Positions 57,793-64,000 of a stretch of DNA of 64,000 nt are shown one piece after another. Numbering within the stretch: position 1 is the stretch's first letter; each line of letters begins with the position of its first letter. This DNA comes from a bacterium. GTDB taxonomy: Bacteria > Bacteroidota > Ignavibacteria > Kapaibacteriales > UBA7675. A program made the translations under genes and the position numbers. The stretch spans positions 8,121-72,120 of the forward strand of contig JAUIKM010000017.1 in NCBI GenBank assembly GCA_030430495.1, given 5' to 3'. The notes beneath the pieces were generated by a model. It saw only the letters and a program-made list of their open reading frames with translations, was not told the DNA's origin and did not search any database.

Positions 57793-59784
57793 ATGATGGA
57801 ATCTGGCATGCACAGTCTCCGCAGAACGTGGTTTTTCTCCGTTTTGGCCTGTTATTCTCTTGTTTGTCTTGCAGTGAGCAGCGGCGCGCCCGTTGCCAAC
57901 GCCCAGGCAACGGGTGAGGACACGACCGCTTTCCGTCCGCTGCGCTGGACGGCGGGTCTGGGGCTGAATGCAAACATGCATTCGGCCGGATTCGTAGAGC
58001 TGCCGGGCATCCCCAATTGCTGCGCGGAATACAGCGACGGATTTGGCCTGGGCCCTTACCTCTACGGCGGTTTTGACTACGACCCGCAGTCGGAGCTCTT
58101 CGGCATGCCCTGGCGCTGGAACGTGACGCTCGGCGTCAGCTCCGTCGGCGCCACCCTGGAAGAAGATGAATTTTTTGCCTGGGCCATCGACGGCGACGAG
58201 GCAATCGAGGCGATCTCGCGCCACACGCTTGACGCATCGATCCTGTTGCTTTCGCTGGAGCCGTCAATCGCGCTGCTGCCGGTGGGCGACATGCCGGAGT
58301 TTTCGCTTCAGGTGGGCCCGACGCTGGGATTTGCACTGAGTTCTTCGGCCGATCAGTCCGAAGACTTACTGCAGCCGGCGGGTTACGACCTGGAGACTCT
58401 GCGTCCCAGCCGCAACGAGTACTCCGGCGCGATTTCGGACGCGACGACTTTGCATGTGGGGCTGCGTTTGGGACTCGGCTACGACTTCCTGCAGTTCGAC
58501 GACTTTACGCTGGGCGCGGAAGCCGCGTACAGAATGGCGTTTAACGACCTTGTCAGTGGCGTTGAGTGGAAACACAGCAGCGTCCAGACCGGCCTGCGGC
58601 TTGCCTGGCGGCCGCCTGCGGCAACGGAACCTCCTCCTCCTCCTCCGCCGCCGCCGCCCCCGCCACCGCCGCCGCCTCCCCCACCGCCGCCGGAACCACC
58701 GGTTCTGACGCTGGCAGCGGAGATGTTCGTCGGAACGAAAAAACTCAGCGAAGGCGAAAGCATCGACATTCCTGTCAACCTTACACGCAACATTCAATCG
58801 CGTGTACAGCGCGCGCAATTCTATTTCAGAGCGGGTTCAGACGACCTGCTGGCGGACAACGCGATTGACCGCGAGGAAATGTTAAACGCGCTGGCGCTCA
58901 GTGCCAGGCATGCAAAGAGCATCAGAATTACGGCTCAGGCCGCCGCCGATGAAGACGAAGCGCTCGCGCGCGCCCGTGCGGAATTCTTCCGCGGTGAATT
59001 GCTGGTTCGCGGCGTCGATGTTAAACAACTGGAAGTCTCAATTGTCCGCAGTGAGGACAAAAATGTTCGCCATCCGGCCTTGCTGGAGGAACAGCGCATG
59101 CTGCGTTTTGACTTCGGCGGTACGGACAATCTGTTAATCCTGCGCGACACCACTGAAAACCGCGAATTCGGCGCGGTCGAGCTGGTCGCGGCGCCGGCCA
59201 TGACCGTCGAGCAGCGTCCCTATGTGCTGGTCGGAGAGTTAACACTCGCCGGGCGGCAGTTGTCGATCCTGAAAGACGGACCGGTCAACTTCACACTTGA
59301 AGGCGACGCGCTGCCGCGCAACGGCCGGGGCGAGGCGCTCCCGGCAAAGATAACGGCCGCCTACACGCTACAGGACGGCGTCGGTCAGCAGCGCGCGGCA
59401 AGCAGCAATGTGATCGCAACACCCCGCACAACAGTGACGGAATACGTCAACCGCTTGAACAAATCGACGGACGAAGAATGGGTGCTCGGTTACTTCAACT
59501 TCGACGGAGACAACTTTGCCGAAGTCAACGACAATGCCGTTGAACGCATTCAACGCGCCGCCAAAGCAGGCAAAACCATCACGATCACGGGCATGGCCGA
59601 CGCGCTCGGCAGCGAGGACTACAACCGTCGATTGGCGCGGCGCCGCGCAGACAGCGCCCTGACGCTGCTGGGGATGCAGGCGGATGAGGTCAAAATTGAG
59701 CTGCTTGAAGATGGGCGTTTTGACAACAGCTCGCCCTACGGAAGGATTCGGAATCGGAGCGTGGTTGTGAGGATTGGAGATTGA
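57793..59784 (+). CDS. OmpA-family protein: N-terminal outer-membrane/beta-rich domain, a 21-residue polyproline spacer, and a C-terminal OmpA/MotB peptidoglycan-binding domain
   Basis: Signal peptide. C-terminal OmpA-like …TITITGMADALGSEDYNRRLARRRADSALTLL…. Poly-Pro tract at 58630-58692. Confidence 0.75.
   Translation: MMESGMHSLRRTWFFSVLACYSLVCLAVSSGAPVANAQATGEDTTAFRPLRWTAGLGLNANMHSAGFVELPGIPNCCAEYSDGFGLGPYLYGGFDYDPQSELFGMPWRWNVTLGVSSVGATLEEDEFFAWAIDGDEAIEAISRHTLDASILLLSLEPSIALLPVGDMPEFSLQVGPTLGFALSSSADQSEDLLQPAGYDLETLRPSRNEYSGAISDATTLHVGLRLGLGYDFLQFDDFTLGAEAAYRMAFNDLVSGVEWKHSSVQTGLRLAWRPPAATEPPPPPPPPPPPPPPPPPPPPPEPPVLTLAAEMFVGTKKLSEGESIDIPVNLTRNIQSRVQRAQFYFRAGSDDLLADNAIDREEMLNALALSARHAKSIRITAQAAADEDEALARARAEFFRGELLVRGVDVKQLEVSIVRSEDKNVRHPALLEEQRMLRFDFGGTDNLLILRDTTENREFGAVELVAAPAMTVEQRPYVLVGELTLAGRQLSILKDGPVNFTLEGDALPRNGRGEALPAKITAAYTLQDGVGQQRAASSNVIATPRTTVTEYVNRLNKSTDEEWVLGYFNFDGDNFAEVNDNAVERIQRAAKAGKTITITGMADALGSEDYNRRLARRRADSALTLLGMQADEVKIELLEDGRFDNSSPYGRIRNRSVVVRIGD
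58630..58701 (+). repeat. Low-complexity CCN-codon tract encoding 21 consecutive prolines (…TEP21EPPV…)
   Basis: Read directly: cct×5, then ccg/ccc/cca×16, then gaa cca ccg. Confidence 0.95.
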
Positions 59785-59848
59785 CGGCTGAGGGCCGGAC
59801 TACGTAGAAATACGGATGAGCTCTGTGCCCTTCATGCTCACAGCGGCT

Positions 59849-60721
59849 TCACCCCCAGTATGCCTTTTTGGCCGGCTGCTGCAGAAATTCATCCGTCTCA
59901 GCGCACCAGGCCGTCAACAGATCGCCGTAGACGCAGCCGGTGTCGATGCGCAATAGGTTCAGATCCGATTCGCGCTGGATTGACTTCATCGGTGTGTGGC
60001 CGGACACACTGACACGCTGTTCGTCGGCCGGAATTTCCGGCAGATCGCGCGACCAGAGACTGTAACGCAGAAGTTCAAAGTATTCGTCAGAAGTAAACGA
60101 GTCCCCCAGTAAAGCAGCATCGCGTCTCAGTATCTCAGCGTGATACCGGTCGACCAGCGCGTGCGTCACAAGCACCGAGTCGTTAAACCAGACCAGCGGC
60201 AACTCACACAGAAATTGCATCAGATGCTGGTCCATGAACCAGTCCGCACTCGGCACCCGATCCGCACCGAGCTGCTTCATTACCGTAACGCCGCCGTAGT
60301 CGTGCCAGATAATGCGGTTGGTGCGAATTTCGTTTTCGCGCAGCGCCTCGCCCGTATAATCCGGCAGGTATTCCCGCCGTACGCATTTCGGCTGCGGCAG
60401 TGCGCGCGCCTGGAATTCAACCGCGGCTTCGCCCAACAGGGACTGAAGGTAGCACTGCTCGTGATTGCCGGCAACCACCACATGCGTTCCGGCTTTCACA
60501 GAGGCGTAAAAATGTTTAACAACTTCCAGCGGATTGGGACCGCGGTCGATCAGATCGCCGACGGAAACAACAAAGGCTTCGGCGTCGTTTTGCGCCGCAT
60601 GCGCCCTGATTTTTTCCTCAAGCAACATCAGCTCGTCATAACAGCCGTGGATGTCGCCGATCACATATGTTAAACGCCTGCCGCCGGCATCGTTCACTTT
60701 CTGTTGCATTGTTTTATTCAT
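59849..60721 (-). CDS. Metallophosphoesterase (Ser/Thr protein phosphatase/ApaH-like)
   Basis: Motifs YVIGDIHGCYDEL, VGDLIDRGP, GNHE. Confidence 0.85.
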   Translation of the reverse strand: MNKTMQQKVNDAGGRRLTYVIGDIHGCYDELMLLEEKIRAHAAQNDAEAFVVSVGDLIDRGPNPLEVVKHFYASVKAGTHVVVAGNHEQCYLQSLLGEAAVEFQARALPQPKCVRREYLPDYTGEALRENEIRTNRIIWHDYGGVTVMKQLGADRVPSADWFMDQHLMQFLCELPLVWFNDSVLVTHALVDRYHAEILRRDAALLGDSFTSDEYFELLRYSLWSRDLPEIPADEQRVSVSGHTPMKSIQRESDLNLLRIDTGCVYGDLLTAWCAETDEFLQQPAKKAYWG

Positions 60722-62352
60722 TTTCTTTGCGCAAATGTTTCCTGTAACGCGTCCATAAGCCGAGCGCCGCGCAGATCCCGTCCCGCGGCAATAATTCGCC
60801 CTTCCTCGTCAACCAGAATGGTCAGCGGCAGACCGCGCACGTCAAATTGTTTGGCTATCTCACTTTGCGGCCCCTGGTTCTCCAGCACATTTATCCAGGG
60901 CATTGCAATTACCTGACGCTGGAACTTGCGCACGTTGCCTTCGCTCGGCTCAAACGCCACGCTGATAACTTCCAGCCCGTCGTTGCGATAGCGCTGCCAG
61001 GCGGCGCTTAAACTGTCCAGCCCCGCCACGCATTCGCGGCACCACGTCGACCAGAAATCGATCACGTAAACACTTCCGCTCAGGCTTTCAGGCGTTAACA
61101 CCCGTTCGAGCGAGTCCAGATCCTGCAAAGCAAAAGACGGGATTTTTCTGCCGACGGCCAGCGGACCGGCCGACGGAGCTTCCATGCGGGCCAGCTCCAC
61201 CCAGGCGGATGTCGGAAAATTCGTCGTGAGTGAGTCGAGCCAGTTGCGCCGCGCTTCTTCGCTTTCGGCGGCCTTTAAACGCGCATATAAAACAAAAGCC
61301 CGTACATCGGGATCGGGGTGCCCGGCGTACGCGCGGTCAATCAATGTCGCAGCCGCGGCCGAATCCTCGCGAGCATACCACTCGTCGATCAACAACTCCG
61401 GCCGAATGCTCCACATAATCGATTGCGCGTCAATTTCGCTGTAGGCCATGCGGGTTAACAACTCGTCAAACGGTAAATTTCCATCTCGATGACAAGCAAG
61501 ATAGGCAAGTAAAAGAGCCCGTCTGAGAGGTGCACGCCGCTCTGCCAGAATCGCCGAGCGCGCCTGATTGGAACGCCGCGTCGCCAGTGAATCAAACGGT
61601 TTTCCGTCGGCAACGCCCTGCAAAATATGTGTTAACAATCCTGTTAAACGGTCGTCAAATTCGAGCGTGGCGCGATCATTGTGGCGCTCGGGCGCTTCCC
61701 ATTCAATCGTGATTGTATCGCCCGCTTCGGCCAGGTCCCGTTCGGCGCTGTACAAACCGTTCTCGTTGGGCTCCTGCCGGTCGGCGGTCGGATCTGCCCA
61801 GGGCGCCACGCCGCGCGCACCGCCCGCTTCGCTGTACACCGCACTCATGCGGTAGACAATCGTGCTCGCCCCCGAATCGGCCGCCAGACGGGTCCTGAAT
61901 GTGCCGTCCTTGTTCGGCTTGATTTCCTCGGCACGCAGAAAATTGCCGTCGGGGCCGCGCCGGCGCACCAGGAAAGACTCGAGATCGCCCGGCACATCGA
62001 TGCGCGCCAGATTGATGTCGAGCCTGATCGTATCGCCGATTCCGGCCGCACCCAGCGGCAGACGTGCGTCGAGCATGCGATAACCGGCCGCACCGACAAA
62101 GAGCGTCACAAAACCGGGCTTTTCCGAGTGCAGCGCAAAATGGCCGTCGGACGCGACCCGCTCGCGTATTGCGGCGTCCTGCAGGGCTCCCCTCGACAGG
62201 TAAACATGCGCAAATGCCGGAGGCAGGCCGTCCGCGCCGCGCACCTGGCCCTCAATCACGTAGGCCGACGCCGGGAGCACAAAACTGCACAGCAGCGCGA
62301 CTGTCAGCGCCGCAACCTGGAAAAAACGTGTCATAAAACTGGATATCTGCAT
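60718..62352 (-). CDS. Secreted thioredoxin-fold protein (TlpA-like redoxin domain) with an N-terminal carboxypeptidase-regulatory-like beta-sandwich
   Basis: Signal peptide MQISSFMTRFFQVAALTVALLCSFVLPASA. C-terminal …YVIDFWSTWCRECVAGLDSL… (CxxC redoxin). Start at M90 of the listed ORF. Confidence 0.75.
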   Translation of the reverse strand: MQISSFMTRFFQVAALTVALLCSFVLPASAYVIEGQVRGADGLPPAFAHVYLSRGALQDAAIRERVASDGHFALHSEKPGFVTLFVGAAGYRMLDARLPLGAAGIGDTIRLDINLARIDVPGDLESFLVRRRGPDGNFLRAEEIKPNKDGTFRTRLAADSGASTIVYRMSAVYSEAGGARGVAPWADPTADRQEPNENGLYSAERDLAEAGDTITIEWEAPERHNDRATLEFDDRLTGLLTHILQGVADGKPFDSLATRRSNQARSAILAERRAPLRRALLLAYLACHRDGNLPFDELLTRMAYSEIDAQSIMWSIRPELLIDEWYAREDSAAAATLIDRAYAGHPDPDVRAFVLYARLKAAESEEARRNWLDSLTTNFPTSAWVELARMEAPSAGPLAVGRKIPSFALQDLDSLERVLTPESLSGSVYVIDFWSTWCRECVAGLDSLSAAWQRYRNDGLEVISVAFEPSEGNVRKFQRQVIAMPWINVLENQGPQSEIAKQFDVRGLPLTILVDEEGRIIAAGRDLRGARLMDALQETFAQRK

Positions 62353-62539
62353 GGTTTCCGGATTTGTCCCTGGAACGCGCAAAATTACGCACAAAATTCC
62401 GGACGTACGGCACGCCGCTTTCGTGAGCAGGACCGCGTCGGCTTCCAAAGCGGCAGGCCGTTCGGCGATTTTTTCGTATTTTGCCGCGTGGAGCGTTCTC
62501 CCCCGAATTACAGCTCGACTTTTTGCACAATCAGAATGA

Positions 62540-63343
62540 ATGATTTCCATGGAATACTCGACAATTCTTGTTGAACGCGCCGACAATTTCGCTCGCATTA
62601 CGCTCAACCGCCCGGACAAGTTAAACGCATTGAATCGTCAACTGCTGACGGAACTGGATCACGCCCTCGACGCACTGGCGCAGGAAACATCCATCGCCGC
62701 ATTGATTATCACGGGCAGCGGTGAAAAGGCTTTTGCCGCCGGCGCCGACATCTCCGAATTACAGGCTTGTTTCAATCCGGACGATGCACAAGCGGGCCGT
62801 AGCTTCGCCGAATTCGGCCAGAGCGTGTTTAACAAAATTGAAGACTTCGGCAAGCCGGTGATTGCCGCCGTTAATGGTTTTGCACTTGGCGGCGGCTGTG
62901 AGCTCGCCCTCGCCTGCCACCTGCGCTTTGCTTCGGACAACGCAAAATTCGGGCAACCGGAAGTTAACCTCGGCATCATTCCCGGCTATGGCGGCACGCA
63001 GCGTTTGACGCATATTGTGGGGCGTGGACGCGCCGTCGAACTGATTCTGACCGGCGCAATGGTCGGCGCACGCGACGCCGAACAGATGGGATTGGTTAAC
63101 GACGTTGTCGACTTCAACCACCTGCAGGAGCGCGCCGAGGAATTTGTCGACACAGTGTCTTCCAAAGGCCAGGAAGCCGTTTCGGCTTCTTTAAAGGCCA
63201 TCTTGTTTGCCGCCGATGCTACAGCCGAGAGTGGTTTGGCGAAAGAAGCCGAGCTGTTCGGCCAGACGTGCACAAGCGACAACTTCCGCGAAGGCACCGC
63301 GGCCTTCCTCGAAAAGCGCAAAGCGAATTTTTCCCGCAGTTGA
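62540..63343 (+). CDS. Enoyl-CoA hydratase/isomerase (crotonase family)
   Basis: …ITLNRPDKLNAL…, …IAAVNGFALGGGCELALACHLRFAS…, …TGA…. Confidence 0.9.
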   Translation: MISMEYSTILVERADNFARITLNRPDKLNALNRQLLTELDHALDALAQETSIAALIITGSGEKAFAAGADISELQACFNPDDAQAGRSFAEFGQSVFNKIEDFGKPVIAAVNGFALGGGCELALACHLRFASDNAKFGQPEVNLGIIPGYGGTQRLTHIVGRGRAVELILTGAMVGARDAEQMGLVNDVVDFNHLQERAEEFVDTVSSKGQEAVSASLKAILFAADATAESGLAKEAELFGQTCTSDNFREGTAAFLEKRKANFSRS

Positions 63344-63350
63344 GGCGCAA

Positions 63351-64000
63351 TTGAACACAGCCGCACGCATTACCGGAATCCTTTACAACGCCGTACTTAA
63401 ACCATTGATGAGTGCGGCGTTTTTTATTGGCGCACTGCTGAACAAAAAATTCGCGCTGCGCGCTGAAGGCGCTAAACAATCGCGCAATACGCTGCAAAAC
63501 CTGCCGCCCAAACGCGGCAAACGCCTGTGGTTTCACGCCGCTTCCATGGGTGAATTCGAGCAAGCCAAACCTGTCATCGAATACATTCGCCGCACGCGGC
63601 CCGACGTCGAAATCCTGGCCTCCTTTTTCAGCGTATCGGGCTACGAGAACCAGAAAAACTACGAGGGTGCGCACTGGAAAGTCTACATCCCGATCGACAC
63701 GCGTAGCGAAGCCCGCCGCTTTGTGGATTGCATACAAGCCGACGCCGCCGTTTTTGTGCGTTACGACATCTGGTTTAACCATCTGAACGAACTGCGCACG
63801 CGCAACATCCCCGCGTATTTAATCTGCGCCACGGTGAACCAGCATTCCTGGCTCTACCGCGCGCCGTTTATCCCCTTTACCCGCGCCGCCTACGACTGTT
63901 TTACGACGGTCTTTGCGCTCGACCAAAACGAAGCCGATCTATTTAACAAACTGCATCTCGGTCAGGACGTCGTCGTCAGTGGCGACACGCGCATGGACCG
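63351..64000 (+). CDS. waaA: 3-deoxy-D-manno-octulosonic acid (Kdo) transferase, 3'-partial
   Basis: …KRLWFHAASMGEFEQAKPVIEYIRR… (the HxxSxGE signature of KdtA/WaaA) and …PIDT…FVRYDIWFN…. The only in-frame starts are TTG 63351, 8 bp after the crotonase stop, or ATG 63408. Confidence 0.8.
   Translation, partial: MNTAARITGILYNAVLKPLMSAAFFIGALLNKKFALRAEGAKQSRNTLQNLPPKRGKRLWFHAASMGEFEQAKPVIEYIRRTRPDVEILASFFSVSGYENQKNYEGAHWKVYIPIDTRSEARRFVDCIQADAAVFVRYDIWFNHLNELRTRNIPAYLICATVNQHSWLYRAPFIPFTRAAYDCFTTVFALDQNEADLFNKLHLGQDVVVSGDTRMD

Noticed and set aside
1-64000. CRISPR arrays, IS elements, integrases marking an island, toxin-antitoxin or restriction-modification systems
   Set aside because: No direct-repeat/spacer arrays, transposase-like ORFs or phage genes were found. 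The single tyrosine recombinase is the chromosomal XerC/D type embedded in housekeeping genes.

Overview
This is a 64 kb, high-GC (roughly 62-65% by eye) and densely coding chromosomal segment. About 45 protein genes are supported. The six-frame track also contains many long antisense ORFs that I treat as high-GC artefacts. No rRNA, confident tRNA, CRISPR array, transposase or prophage is seen. Taxonomy cues point to the FCB group (Bacteroidota/Rhodothermota-like): two giant secreted proteins end in T9SS-type C-terminal sorting domains (…YPNPA…), almost no genes have Shine-Dalgarno sequences, and Bacteroidetes-style adhesin repeats are present. Most of the content is housekeeping: glyQS, S41 C-terminal processing protease, UvrD/PcrA helicase, SuhB, DapF, Kbl, PgpH-like 7TM-HD, XerC/D, NamZ/DUF1343, an ECF sigma/anti-sigma/TlpA cluster, TrmH-family MTase, AGXT aminotransferase, RdgB, PBP4/DacB, Hsp33, crotonase and Kdo transferase. 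Six things stand out. (1) Two tandem paralogous giant polytopic membrane proteins (one 5'-truncated and >1053 aa, one 1648 aa) carry duplicated Cache-like periplasmic modules, an ~8-10 TM core and a large cytoplasmic module with no recognisable output domain. This is the best candidate for an undescribed sensory or transport system. (2) A TPR-repeat protein is fused to a PRMT-type (double-E loop, THW-like loop) arginine-methyltransferase-like domain. (3) A dispersed family of short intergenic repeats occurs in at least 7 copies, including two ~64-bp near-identical copies 43 kb apart in opposite orientation with terminator-like structure. (4) T9SS cargo proteins include one with Cys-framed Ig-like repeats and a poly-Gly-punctuated beta-solenoid-like segment. 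(5) An OmpA-family protein has an uninterrupted 21-proline spacer. (6) A 690-bp gene-free region carries a 13-nt tRNA-Asp D-arm-like fragment.
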